DNA from: a virus
DNA: 64,000 nt
Reading direction: 5' to 3' (one strand)
Virus record (IMG/VR): IMGVR_UViG_3300027963_005443
In this document: positions 8,782-18,146 of the stretch, in pieces
Layout of the letters: each line of letters starts with the position of its first letter
Numbering within the stretch: the first letter of the stretch is position 1
The notes under the pieces: generated by a model
The model's input: only the letters and a program-made list of their open reading frames with translations
Database searches by the model: none
What the model was told of the DNA's origin: nothing
Position numbers and translations under genes: made by a program

Positions 8782-10048
8782 CTCGTTCTCCGTCGTATAG
8801 ACACTTAAAAACAGGAAACCTCAAACTAAACCCGCCATCTTGATTGGTAGATTCTGCGAAATACTTCACAGTGATTGTTTTACCGATAATCTTTTTAGGA
8901 TTTTTATAATACTCTCTTCTTTCTTCTACATTCCATCCACTGCCTACCCTGACAGGAAACCCCTTGTGTTCTATAGTAACACAGCTTAACATTACTTCTT
9001 CAATCTCTTTTCCGTCAACAACTTGATGAATAGGTCCAAATTCAACATCCTTTACAACGTACTCAGCATCAAAGAATGTCTTGCATTTTAGAAGCTCTTT
9101 TGTTCTTTTGCCTTTATATGTTGAATTTAATCGAAGCATCAAGCCTTCCCAATTACTATCATCCGCTTCCTTCAATAGCTTTTTAAAGTGGTCATCATCT
9201 TTGACTATTTCCTGATGCAATATATGAAGAAATTTATTGTCTTTGGGTATATTCTTCTCAAGAAGAGCCAATCTGTCTTCTAGATTTAATTTTCCTTTTT
9301 TATTATAGAATTCCTCTGCGCTAAGGAAGTCAAATATTTTGTAAACAGGAAAAGGAATTGAGTAGTCCTTTTTTCTGATCAATTTCATAATGCCTTGAAA
9401 GTCTTCAATGCCATCCTTGAAGATGCAAACCTCACCATCTAAGACAATGTTCTTAATACCTAATTTTTGAATTTCTTTTTCAAGAACAGAAAGAGTGGTA
9501 AAGATCTTGCCTTGCCTGCTGTATGATGTTGCATTCCCATGCTCATCCACAACCGTAATGCAGCGGCAACCGTCCAATTTCCTGCTGGCGTAATAGTCGC
9601 TAGAGGAAAAATCTAAATCTTTTTCATGCTTTTCAGCAAGAGCAACTTCAAACTCAGGGATAAGTCCGGGAATTGCCTTGTTGATAGTTTTTTCGGCTAT
9701 TCTTGTTTTAAGATCCTTGTCCAAGATATTGAATACAATGTCCTTATGATCAGGATTTTTTTCAATAAAAGAATTCACGCAGCCAATTGCTTCGTGTCCC
9801 GTAACAATTCTTTTTCTTAGATTATCAAGCAATTCAAAGACATCACTGAAAGATTTTCCTTTCAGTGAACTATTCTTTTCACAAACACTGCTCGTGATAT
9901 AAAACTGGTAGTATGGGTTGTAGACATACATCACCAGTTTTTTTAGATCATCATCTTCAAGATGAGTTTTTAATATTTTTACTTTATCTAAACTCGAAGA
10001 TGTATCTTTAAGAAGATCCGATAATTTCTTTATTTTATTTAAAACCAT
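8774..10048 (-). CDS. lig: ATP-dependent DNA ligase
   Basis: RKLDGCRC, LDGEV, IFDFL, EGLMLR, KRTKELLKCK, RVGSG, SLRFPVF. Confidence 0.95.
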   Translation of the reverse strand: MVLNKIKKLSDLLKDTSSSLDKVKILKTHLEDDDLKKLVMYVYNPYYQFYITSSVCEKNSSLKGKSFSDVFELLDNLRKRIVTGHEAIGCVNSFIEKNPDHKDIVFNILDKDLKTRIAEKTINKAIPGLIPEFEVALAEKHEKDLDFSSSDYYASRKLDGCRCITVVDEHGNATSYSRQGKIFTTLSVLEKEIQKLGIKNIVLDGEVCIFKDGIEDFQGIMKLIRKKDYSIPFPVYKIFDFLSAEEFYNKKGKLNLEDRLALLEKNIPKDNKFLHILHQEIVKDDDHFKKLLKEADDSNWEGLMLRLNSTYKGKRTKELLKCKTFFDAEYVVKDVEFGPIHQVVDGKEIEEVMLSCVTIEHKGFPVRVGSGWNVEERREYYKNPKKIIGKTITVKYFAESTNQDGGFSLRFPVFKCLYDGERDV

Positions 10049-10087
10049 AAATATCTTTGCAAGAAGGTGTTTTAACGGACCAACACC

Positions 10088-10107
10088 AAACCGTACCGGA
10101 AAGAAAC
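10088..10107 (-). promoter_or_regulatory. GTTTC-Y5-GGTACGGTT motif, copy 2
   Basis: gtttctttccggtacggttt, about 40 nt upstream of the ligase ATG. Confidence 0.8.
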
Positions 10108-10111
10108 AAGA

Positions 10112-10261
10112 TCAAGAATCAGTGTTTTCTATCCAGTCTTTAAGTTTCCTGGTCTTATGACCCAGACCTTTACCCAACTTATATGAAGTCGAGTTTGTAT
10201 CTGGGGCAAAAACACCACGCATAAAACAGAATACAATAGCAATAAGAATTAGGTATTCCAT
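10112..10261 (-). CDS. Small membrane protein, 49 aa; not in ORF track
   Basis: MEYLILIAIVFCFMRGVFAPD...; hydrophobic N-terminus; begins just after the upstream stop codon. Confidence 0.55.
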   Translation of the reverse strand: MEYLILIAIVFCFMRGVFAPDTNSTSYKLGKGLGHKTRKLKDWIENTDS

Positions 10262-10263
10262 TA

Positions 10264-11088
10264 TTACTTTTGATCCAACACAGTTTTAATGATGGCCAGT
10301 TTAGAACTGTTGTCCATATTGGAATCAAGAATGCTATCCAATACAGACTTCATTTCTGAAATGGCGAAAGCGGGAAAACTGGGCTTTAAAACAGTTTTCT
10401 GGGTCAGAACTTTCTTGTTCTTGTTCTTGTTCTTGCTCCTACTCCGCTTTGCATTCTTACCAAAACTATATTTGGCGTCTATGACAGCCTCATTCTTACG
10501 CAGGGCGGTTTTAATCGCACTACGCACAGCCACATCGCAAATATTAAATTGGGCAGCAATTTCTTTGATTGTCTTGCCGCTATTGAGCAGTTCACACATT
10601 TCAAGCCTTCGTTCCTGCTGAACCTTTCTGACTCCGGTGGGACGCTCAGGCAGAGTTCTACGATAAAAATCGTACGAACCTTTAACGGTCCATTTGCCAA
10701 CACTAATTCGATTAGTTGCATGACCTTCTTTGTTCAAGATCTTAACAATATAATCCCAACTCTTCTTTGCGTTAACAAGACCGTCAATTCTCTCGTAAGT
10801 TTCTTTGCGACTAAACTTATTCATAATAGCGACCTTCTTTGTGTTATTTTTTGGAAAACTCTTTTTACGACGAACAACCGCATTTTTTGTAATCAAGAAA
10901 TCATAAACAAATTCTTGATCTTCTCTTTTATTGCCTTTCCATAAGGCAATCAATTCGAAACATTCTTTTTTACTTAGATTGCAATTTCTTGAATCCAAGC
11001 CAGTGAGCATAAACAAGTAGTATGTTTGGGATTTACTTGCAGGCTCAATATCGATATTAGACTTATTATCAACAACCATTACATCCAT
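10264..11088 (-). CDS. Hypothetical DNA-binding protein (HTH-like)
   Basis: KTIKEIAAQFNICDVAVRSAI resembles an HTH; basic linker; SD gggag upstream. Confidence 0.7.
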   Translation of the reverse strand: MDVMVVDNKSNIDIEPASKSQTYYLFMLTGLDSRNCNLSKKECFELIALWKGNKREDQEFVYDFLITKNAVVRRKKSFPKNNTKKVAIMNKFSRKETYERIDGLVNAKKSWDYIVKILNKEGHATNRISVGKWTVKGSYDFYRRTLPERPTGVRKVQQERRLEMCELLNSGKTIKEIAAQFNICDVAVRSAIKTALRKNEAVIDAKYSFGKNAKRSRSKNKNKNKKVLTQKTVLKPSFPAFAISEMKSVLDSILDSNMDNSSKLAIIKTVLDQK

Positions 11089-11131
11089 GATTATGCTCCC
11101 AATATTATTTTAATAAAAAACAAATTAATCA

Positions 11132-11175
11132 GAAGGGCAATAATGGGGCTTGGGCGGCACCCATTATTGCCCTTC
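11132..11175 (-). terminator. Intrinsic terminator-like hairpin
   Basis: 16-bp perfect inverted repeat gaagggcaataatggg/cccattattgcccttc with T-rich flanks, just after the 11192 stop. Confidence 0.8.
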
Positions 11176-11191
11176 CTTTTTTAAGAAGTTG

Positions 11192-11587
11192 TCAATAAGA
11201 CAACTTCTTAAGCGTGTTTGCTGCAGAAATAATATCCTCAACAGACATCTTTTCCATAAGACCCTTGACAAGGAGCATCTGCTCAACTACAGGCTGATTG
11301 CTGTAACGATTATGTCCACGGCTCTTCTTCGAAGAAAAACCCTTCTTAGGAGAAACCTTGCGACGGCGCTTTCCAGCGGCCATCACCTTTGATTTCTTGG
11401 GGAGAGGATTCTTCATCCTGCTCTTGGTTACAGAAACGAAGGTACTGGTGACTTCAATACCCTTCTCTGCAAGTTCCTTGACAATTTCAGCGGGCTTTGC
11501 CGAAGGATTCTTGGCAATAAGATCACGGATCATGCTAGTCTTATTGACCTTGGGGGCTTTCTCGGTATTTTCAACACTATCAGTCAT
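11192..11587 (-). CDS. Small basic putative nucleoid/DNA-binding protein (Planctomycete-like family)
   Basis: NKTSMIRDLIAKNPSAKPAEIVKELAEKGIEV...VS..K helical domain, K/R-rich linker; SD aggag. Confidence 0.75.
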   Translation of the reverse strand: MTDSVENTEKAPKVNKTSMIRDLIAKNPSAKPAEIVKELAEKGIEVTSTFVSVTKSRMKNPLPKKSKVMAAGKRRRKVSPKKGFSSKKSRGHNRYSNQPVVEQMLLVKGLMEKMSVEDIISAANTLKKLSY

Positions 11588-11626
11588 TGAAGAATCTCCT
11601 TTGGTTAAATTAACGGAACACTACAA

Positions 11627-11655
11627 AATGTAGACGACTAGTAAAAATTTGTCAA
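11627..11655 (-). promoter_or_regulatory. Sigma70-type promoter
   Basis: TTGACA-N17-TACATT upstream of the 11587 start. Confidence 0.6.
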
Positions 11656-11667
11656 CAACAAATTTTC

Positions 11668-11964
11668 TCAAGGTTGCGGCGGCGGGGCAATGAATTCTGC
11701 AAAGTCCGAGACGCTAATTCTGCTGGCTATGGCACGAGTAAGCATCTCAATAGTTTGGACATAATTTAAGTTACGCTTGATCTTAGTGGGCCTCATACTT
11801 TCATCCTTGTAATATTTTAAGGTAAATTGCCAAGGATTAGTTTCATTATTTACTAAGATGGATTCTATATGATATTCTCTGCAACCGTATTTCTTGTCTT
11901 CCAAAGAATTTCGGCAAGCATTGGACATGAGTTCAGTCAAAAACTTTGTTACATCTATTTCCAT
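11668..11964 (-). CDS. Hypothetical protein; start reassigned to ATG 11964
   Basis: ORF track gives 11982, but that start lies inside regulatory motif copy 3. Confidence 0.6.
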   Translation of the reverse strand: MEIDVTKFLTELMSNACRNSLEDKKYGCREYHIESILVNNETNPWQFTLKYYKDESMRPTKIKRNLNYVQTIEMLTRAIASRISVSDFAEFIAPPPQP

Positions 11965-11970
11965 GACCTT

Positions 11971-11990
11971 CAACCGTACCAAAAAGAAAC
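11971..11990 (-). promoter_or_regulatory. GTTTC-Y5-GGTACGGTT motif, copy 3
   Basis: gtttctttttggtacggttg ending 6 nt before ATG 11964. Confidence 0.8.
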
Positions 11991-11994
11991 TCTT

Positions 11995-12798
11995 TCAGTT
12001 AGAAGATCTCTCCATATAAAACTTCCTAGTTCCCAGGTGGCCTATAATATCTTTGGCCAATTCTACACAAAGTTTTGTATCTGATTCTACAACGTATTCA
12101 TCTGAGCAATGCTGATTGTAGTAGCCCACTGGGAGAACAGCGCAACAGAAATCGAAATTTTTCCTCAATTGAACAACATCAGTGAAAGGATCTCTTGAGA
12201 TATTATTGATATTATACTTGTCTAATATGCTTTCAACAGTGGAAAAAAACTCTTCTGTCCAGAGTTTATGTCCACTGCAAGTCTTGCTGAACCAGTTATT
12301 CGTTGGGGCATCAGGTTGAAGGGCATAACCTACATTCTCAAAGAATTTGGGATCCAAAGAAGATGATCCAAGCATACCAATTTCTTCTTCTACAAAGAAG
12401 GCAATCTTTATATTATCTAATTCCTCTAGCAATCTTAGGCAAACGTACACACCACATTTATTATCTCCGCCTATGCCTGTTTTTAATTTGGTTATTGGAT
12501 CATAAGCAACCAATATTGGTTTATAGTCAGAAAATTCATTATATAATTCAAAAATATTAAGATTAATATTTTTATCCACAAGATAGTCTTGATCATTGTG
12601 AACAGTATCCATATGACTAATTACACAAGGAAAATACGCATCTTTTTTTAATGATCCTTTTTGGACATAAATATTTCTTTTTTCATCAAGATAATGATGT
12701 AAATCATTTTTACGGCAAAAATCTAATATGAATTCTATAACCCTATCTTCTCTCTTTGAAACACTTGGTATAGAAAGAACATCTTTAAGATTAATCAT
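11995..12798 (-). CDS. M20/M28/M42-family metallopeptidase
   Basis: SHMDTVH, GGDNKCG, VEEEIG, QPD, YYNQH metal-ligand motifs. Confidence 0.85.
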   Translation of the reverse strand: MINLKDVLSIPSVSKREDRVIEFILDFCRKNDLHHYLDEKRNIYVQKGSLKKDAYFPCVISHMDTVHNDQDYLVDKNINLNIFELYNEFSDYKPILVAYDPITKLKTGIGGDNKCGVYVCLRLLEELDNIKIAFFVEEEIGMLGSSSLDPKFFENVGYALQPDAPTNNWFSKTCSGHKLWTEEFFSTVESILDKYNINNISRDPFTDVVQLRKNFDFCCAVLPVGYYNQHCSDEYVVESDTKLCVELAKDIIGHLGTRKFYMERSSN

Positions 12799-12877
12799 AT
12801 GAGATTAAGAATTTTACACATAGAAATGAATACAAAAAAACACATAAAATATATCGCAAGTAAAATTATTGATTCCA

Positions 12878-13147
12878 TCAATGAGCCCCTATATCAGAGG
12901 TATTGTAGATTCGAATCGCCCAGTCACTTTTAGCATCACAACTACGTCTTTTCATTTCTCCAGCACACCATTTGCTTCTTATCTTAAAACAGGCTCTTTG
13001 AATCTCGTCTATAGTAGGATAATAATTTTTATCCGGATTCATTTCTCCAATCAACTCAGGACGAAAATTAAAAGTTCCTAGTGGAAATTCAACCTTCATG
13101 GTCAGAGTCCTTTCTTTAAAGTTTACTTTTATACAAAGAACCAGCAC
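12878..13147 (-). CDS. Hypothetical protein; likely start ATG about 13099
   Basis: PTIDEIQRACFKIRSKW...EMKRR motif; SD aaagga before MKVEF. Confidence 0.6.
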   Translation of the reverse strand: MLVLCIKVNFKERTLTMKVEFPLGTFNFRPELIGEMNPDKNYYPTIDEIQRACFKIRSKWCAGEMKRRSCDAKSDWAIRIYNTSDIGAH

Positions 13148-13388
13148 GATTGATATTGAGCATTCTTGAAGTTGAAGACATTATAAATAAAAGAGAATGT
13201 TCCAATGCAGATTTCAACGTACTCTTACTTACACCTTCTTCCTCAAGAACACTCTTTAAAATTTTAATTGTATTATCCGTTGAATCAATAAATTGATCTA
13301 TTTCGTTCATGTCCATCAAATAAGATTCTCCAATCATTTGATCGATTGAAAATTTACTTGCAAGATGGATATATTCTTGTTTATTCAT
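13116..13388 (-). CDS. Hypothetical protein
   Basis: Coupled to neighbouring co-oriented ORFs. Confidence 0.65.
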   Translation of the reverse strand: MNKQEYIHLASKFSIDQMIGESYLMDMNEIDQFIDSTDNTIKILKSVLEEEGVSKSTLKSALEHSLLFIMSSTSRMLNINRAGSLYKSKL

Positions 13389-13813
13389 GTTGTAAAAGAA
13401 CCCAAAATAAATTCTTTCTCCATTAGTTTAAAACTATTCATTATTGTTTTTTCGCAATCTTGAATTTCAATATTGTGAAATTCTTTCCAAATTCTCCAGA
13501 TTTTATTTTCAGTTCTCAGGCATCTGATGACATAATTTTTGTTATCTTTCTTTAATTCGAAAGAATAGCGATTTTCTGCAAAGATCAGGAATTTTATTTC
13601 CTCGTCAAAATCTTTTCTAATTATATTGTCGATAAAATTTTCCAGATCTGATTCGGTTGATTCATCAACAAGATATCCAGCCATCACAATACTATTATCA
13701 TAACTCTCTGTATACCAATTAGGCCTCTTAACACCAATTATATTTTCTCTTAAATGATCTAGTCTGGACAGAGAATCGATTTTAACATGAAGATCTATCT
13801 TGGTTATTTTCAT
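13385..13813 (-). CDS. Hypothetical protein
   Basis: Abuts neighbours in an operon-like run. Confidence 0.65.
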   Translation of the reverse strand: MKITKIDLHVKIDSLSRLDHLRENIIGVKRPNWYTESYDNSIVMAGYLVDESTESDLENFIDNIIRKDFDEEIKFLIFAENRYSFELKKDNKNYVIRCLRTENKIWRIWKEFHNIEIQDCEKTIMNSFKLMEKEFILGSFTT

Positions 13814-14194
13814 CTAAAAGAAACAAAAGTTGTTCTCCTCCTCATCATAAGCCTGTTCCACATAATTATTTTTGACTAGATAGACAACAATATTGCTTGC
13901 CAGTCTTACACGAAATAAATCCATAAATTTATTCAGATCTTTTTCTGGAAGGAAATACTTGCCACTCTTTGTTCTTTTGAGATTATCCAAAATTATCGAT
14001 CTAATCTCTTCCTCTGTTATCATTTTCTTGAATTCAACAGATAATGCTTCATCTATATTTATAGTTCTGTTGAATAGAGTTGATAATTGTTGATTCAGAT
14101 CTACAGTAAAATTTCCATTGACATCAAGAGTGATTCTCTTTATTTTTTTAGTTAACTTGTCAATATCAGAGAAGATGATCTTTTTCTTTTTCAT
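13814..14194 (-). CDS. Hypothetical protein
   Basis: First gene after motif copy 4. Confidence 0.65.
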   Translation of the reverse strand: MKKKKIIFSDIDKLTKKIKRITLDVNGNFTVDLNQQLSTLFNRTINIDEALSVEFKKMITEEEIRSIILDNLKRTKSGKYFLPEKDLNKFMDLFRVRLASNIVVYLVKNNYVEQAYDEEENNFCFF

Positions 14195-14265
14195 AAATGC
14201 CTTTCAAAAAAGTTTCTCCCCCCTTCCCATTGTTACACAGGAAGGAGGGAGAAACCAACAAGATG

Positions 14266-14285
14266 GAACCGTACCGGAAGGAAAT
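14266..14285 (-). promoter_or_regulatory. GTTTC-Y5-GGTACGGTT motif, copy 4 (ATTTC variant)
   Basis: atttccttccggtacggttc, about 72 nt upstream of the 14194 ATG. Confidence 0.7.
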
Positions 14286-14310
14286 TTGGTGAGGTTAAAA
14301 GAAAAGGACT

Positions 14311-15048
14311 CTATTCGTCCTCTTCATCCTCGTCTTCAAAATCATCGATATCATCATCGAAGTCTTCATCATCGTCTTCGACTTCTTCGATATCTTCATC
14401 ATCTTCTTCGGTATCTTCTTCTGCATCTTCGGCATCTTCGATATCATCATCATCATCGTCTTCATCATCATCTTCGTCATCATCATCATCTTCGTCATCA
14501 TCATCATCTTCGTCATAACGATCCTCAACAATAGAGGACGAAGAAGATGACGATTTAGGACCAACTGCGAAGGTGATCCCATTATCTTTGGCAATTTCTC
14601 TTAGAGTTGTAATACTCAAGAGTTTCTTGCCGTTATCACCAACAAATGAATAGTGTTCATTTTCACCATTCTCGTTCTTACAATCGATTCCTTCTTCAAG
14701 GAGTTTCTCACGACCCTTGTGAAGTCCATGATTCCTGAGAACATCTGCGACGATCTTAATAGCCTGTGGGTTGTTGATCCACGAAGTGCTACCAGTCCCC
14801 TTGGGACGACCCTTTTGCCTAGTGTGTCCATGCTCGCCAAGAATACTGGTGAGGGTGGGAACACTGATGCTCTTGACCTTGATAATCTCGGCTTCAACGT
14901 TGATACCATTAGAAACGAGATGACTCACAAGGTCAGTCATTCGTCTCATGGAAGATGCCAATTCAAAGAGAGCATTGCGAACCTCCGCACGTTCACGACA
15001 CATCTTCTTTAGTTCATGTTCTTTTCGCCCTCTGCCGTCCTTTGACAT
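14311..15048 (-). CDS. Protein with AT-hook-like motif and long Asp/Glu tail
   Basis: RQKGRPKG, SSSSSS, then about 65 almost purely D/E residues; SD aggag. Confidence 0.8.
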   Translation of the reverse strand: MSKDGRGRKEHELKKMCRERAEVRNALFELASSMRRMTDLVSHLVSNGINVEAEIIKVKSISVPTLTSILGEHGHTRQKGRPKGTGSTSWINNPQAIKIVADVLRNHGLHKGREKLLEEGIDCKNENGENEHYSFVGDNGKKLLSITTLREIAKDNGITFAVGPKSSSSSSSIVEDRYDEDDDDDEDDDDDEDDDEDDDDDDIEDAEDAEEDTEEDDEDIEEVEDDDEDFDDDIDDFEDEDEEDE

Positions 15049-15096
15049 AATTATCTCCTAGTTGAAAAAAAGAAAACAAACAAACCGAAGTCGAAC

Positions 15097-15124
15097 AATA
15101 TACTTTTATTTTTTAGGTTGTCAA
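15097..15124 (-). promoter_or_regulatory. Sigma70-type promoter
   Basis: TTGACA-N16-TATATT upstream of the 15048 start. Confidence 0.55.
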
Positions 15125-15132
15125 GTTTTTTT

Positions 15133-16989
15133 TTACATCCTAAGGCTTATCTGTCTTATGTATCTTGACATAACAGACAGGGACTTCTTGACATCATCTA
15201 AAACAATACTTTTGTTTTTTCCATATAATTTATCGGCGGTGGAGGCAGAAAAAGCATTGTCAATGCCAATGCCGATTATATCTATGGACATTTTTTTACG
15301 ACAAAATTCACAAACACTACCTGTGTGCTTAATGGCAGTACTTCCGCTATAGCCATATCCTTCCGGCTCTCCATCGGAAATAATAAACATAATTCTTTTA
15401 TCAAAAGAAAAAGAATCCTCGGCAAATTTTTTCGCAACATATTTAATGGCATGACCATCAAGATTCTGCTGCTTGGCGTTCATTTCAAAAATACTTGAGG
15501 TATCTTGTTGATCAAAAGTCTTGTAGCAAGTAATATCAATGTCTTCGTTGTTTTCGGTTTGTGCGGTATGTCCATATATACAGACTTTCAAACCGCTGAC
15601 AGATTTCATGGCCTCAGATAAAACAAAAGCAACCTCTTTTGCCAAATTTATTCTATCTCTATCCATCATAGAGCCGCTTTCATCAACTAAAAGACAGATT
15701 GCAATATTTTTCTTAGATTTTATTGTCTTTTCAGAATATATTCTATAGTCGTTATAGGCGAGCTTATGAAGACTGTTTTCATCTATGGCTCCATTCTCAT
15801 GCCCATAATCTTCAACAGAAGAATCTGTATTTCTAAAAAGCAAACACTTGCTTATTGATTGAATTTCTTTCTTAAATTTTTTCAGATACTTCTCTCTCAA
15901 CAATAGATTTTTCTTGTTTTCATTTTTAAAAATAAATTTTGGCTCTAACGGCTCGGCACAATTCTCGTAAATACGACAAACATAATCTTCTTCTTGAGGA
16001 GCTTCTACATCAATAGTTTTTGCCTCAGAAAAACTTTTATTTTTAACTTTATCTCCGAAAAGTTCATTATCTGTTATTTTGTAGTTGTCAAATTCCTCAA
16101 ATTCTGATTCTGACTCATTAGATTCGTCTAAATCTTTTGTGGGTTCTTGACCGAAATTACCGGAATTACCCGAGTTGTTTGAATCTTCCTTAGATTCATC
16201 TGAATCTTTTGTGGATTCTTGATTGCCTGAGTGACTTGAATTCTCTTTGAAATATTTTTTCGCAATATCAACAACTTTTTTACTAAATTCCCATCTTTTG
16301 TCGGCAGGCAAATTATCTATATCAAGAAGTTTTCTGCACTCATCATATATTTCAGAATATTGACCTGGGATCTTTAGGGAATTCTCAGAAAAAAGAATAT
16401 TCCAAGCAAACATAGAAGAAAAACCATCTATGTTGAAAGTACTATTCAATAGACTTTGAATCTTATCCTTCTCTGAAATATAATTTTCTGAATGTTTTAC
16501 AAAGTAGGGAATAAAGCCTTCCCAATTTTTAATTACCTCCTCCCTTGCAACGAACTGCTCTATTGCCTGCCAAATATTCTTGCAAGAATCGAAATCGGAA
16601 CCCTCCCCGACGAGCCTAGACTCAAGTTTAACTTTTTTCCAAGTATTTTTATCAACAGATCTTTTAAGCTGAGTTGCTAATAAAACTTTGCCGGTGAGGG
16701 CATCTACTATGAATTCATCCTTGGAATTAAGAAAATCATCCGGACTGATGAAGATATCATCCTTGCAGACATTGTTGGATTCTTCGCCACTGCTGAACGA
16801 TACCTTTACATTCTTCTCATTTTCTCCATCATTCAAAATAATATTGGCAGATCTATTTAATTGCCTGAGTAGAGATAAGCATTTGTTTTTATTGTCCGTC
16901 TTTCCTTGATCGTCAAAAATTCCTAATTTCTTTGTCCAAATACTAGTGGGAGAGTAATTGACACTATGTTCCGAAGAATTAAATCTCAT
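15133..16989 (-). CDS. vWA-domain protein (CobT/NorD-like MoxR partner)
   Basis: MIDAS LLVDESGSM, ISDGEP, IGIGI; acidic S/N/E linker. Confidence 0.85.
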   Translation of the reverse strand: MRFNSSEHSVNYSPTSIWTKKLGIFDDQGKTDNKNKCLSLLRQLNRSANIILNDGENEKNVKVSFSSGEESNNVCKDDIFISPDDFLNSKDEFIVDALTGKVLLATQLKRSVDKNTWKKVKLESRLVGEGSDFDSCKNIWQAIEQFVAREEVIKNWEGFIPYFVKHSENYISEKDKIQSLLNSTFNIDGFSSMFAWNILFSENSLKIPGQYSEIYDECRKLLDIDNLPADKRWEFSKKVVDIAKKYFKENSSHSGNQESTKDSDESKEDSNNSGNSGNFGQEPTKDLDESNESESEFEEFDNYKITDNELFGDKVKNKSFSEAKTIDVEAPQEEDYVCRIYENCAEPLEPKFIFKNENKKNLLLREKYLKKFKKEIQSISKCLLFRNTDSSVEDYGHENGAIDENSLHKLAYNDYRIYSEKTIKSKKNIAICLLVDESGSMMDRDRINLAKEVAFVLSEAMKSVSGLKVCIYGHTAQTENNEDIDITCYKTFDQQDTSSIFEMNAKQQNLDGHAIKYVAKKFAEDSFSFDKRIMFIISDGEPEGYGYSGSTAIKHTGSVCEFCRKKMSIDIIGIGIDNAFSASTADKLYGKNKSIVLDDVKKSLSVMSRYIRQISLRM

Positions 16990-16990
16990 A

Positions 16991-18070
16991 TCAATTACCC
17001 CACTTTCCTTGAATCATTTGAAGAATGGCGGCTCGCTCACTCTCTCTGCCGCCTTCACTGCTAAAATGATTAGTCAAAGTATATTCAAGTGTTGGAACTC
17101 CACCAACAACAAAATCCTGTGCAATGGATATTAGCTGCCTTGTGCTAACGCTCTTGGAGAACGAAGCATCAAGACCCATATTTTTCTTCCTAATAGTAGT
17201 CGCTATATCCACTAGCTTATTAGCGTCAGACTTTGCAATGCCAGTCCTGCTAATGAGTAGTTGGATTTCCTGGCTGTTTAAGAGATAATTAAGCTCAATG
17301 AGTCTTGGGAATCTATCTTCAAGAGCAAAATCTACGCTGGACGCCCCTGTATATCCTGCACCTTCATTCATGGTTGCAAAAAATACTGTCTTTTTGCCAA
17401 CCTTAATGATATCTCCCTTTTCTTCCAGATAGGTGAATCTCCTATCGTCCAATAATGGAAGCAAAGTATTCAGAACATTTGGAGAAGTTCTATTGATTTC
17501 ATCCAAAAGAATTACATGGCCACCACTTGTGATGCACTTATCAAACTGGCTTTCTTTCCAAAACACAGAACCATCCTTGGCGGTCTTATGACCAAACCAA
17601 TCTCTTGGCTCACGAAGATTAGCACAATCCATAATAAGAATTGGCATATTATATTGTGCCGCATATTGGATGGCCAATTCGGTCTTACCACAACCATGAG
17701 GACCAACTAAGCGAATATTCTGAGGGGATATCTCACTGAGCTTATCCAGATTCTTAAATAGATTGGATACATTTGTCCCAGAGATATAAGAAGGATCGGG
17801 CTTGGGATAAAATACTCCACCCTCGATCCTGCTTTCGCTCAAGACCCTTGATTGAAAAGAACCATCTTTGGGTTCACCGATTTCGTATTCGCCTTCTATC
17901 TCCTCAAAATTTGTAATTTTGGAATTTGCAATAACTCTGAGTTCTTCCGGCGTAACAATCTTATACCAATTGCCATCCGACTTCTGAGTGAATCCACTCT
18001 TGGTTCTTCCACGAGTCTTTTCAATCTTCAAAAGATGATTGTTTTCTTTGTCGGTAAAAATATAGTACAT
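16991..18070 (-). CDS. MoxR/CobS/CbbQ-like AAA+ ATPase
   Basis: Walker A GPHGCGKT, Walker B ILLDEINR, ATMN, EDRF, SVSTRQL. Confidence 0.9.
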   Translation of the reverse strand: MYYIFTDKENNHLLKIEKTRGRTKSGFTQKSDGNWYKIVTPEELRVIANSKITNFEEIEGEYEIGEPKDGSFQSRVLSESRIEGGVFYPKPDPSYISGTNVSNLFKNLDKLSEISPQNIRLVGPHGCGKTELAIQYAAQYNMPILIMDCANLREPRDWFGHKTAKDGSVFWKESQFDKCITSGGHVILLDEINRTSPNVLNTLLPLLDDRRFTYLEEKGDIIKVGKKTVFFATMNEGAGYTGASSVDFALEDRFPRLIELNYLLNSQEIQLLISRTGIAKSDANKLVDIATTIRKKNMGLDASFSKSVSTRQLISIAQDFVVGGVPTLEYTLTNHFSSEGGRESERAAILQMIQGKWGN

Positions 18071-18110
18071 TATTTTGTCCTTTTATTTGTAGTATCGGCC
18101 ATTCCTTGAC

Positions 18111-18130
18111 CAACCGTACCAGAGGGAAAC
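18111..18130 (-). promoter_or_regulatory. GTTTC-Y5-GGTACGGTT motif, copy 5
   Basis: gtttccctctggtacggttg, about 41 nt upstream of the AAA ATG. Confidence 0.8.
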
Positions 18131-18146
18131 TTATGGGATTTATTTC

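Noticed and set aside
14118-15012. His-rich and Met/Lys-rich overlapping ORFs (14118, 14295, 14616, 14653)
   Set aside because: Off-frame or antisense readings of the D/E-tail gene, which has the SD and promoter
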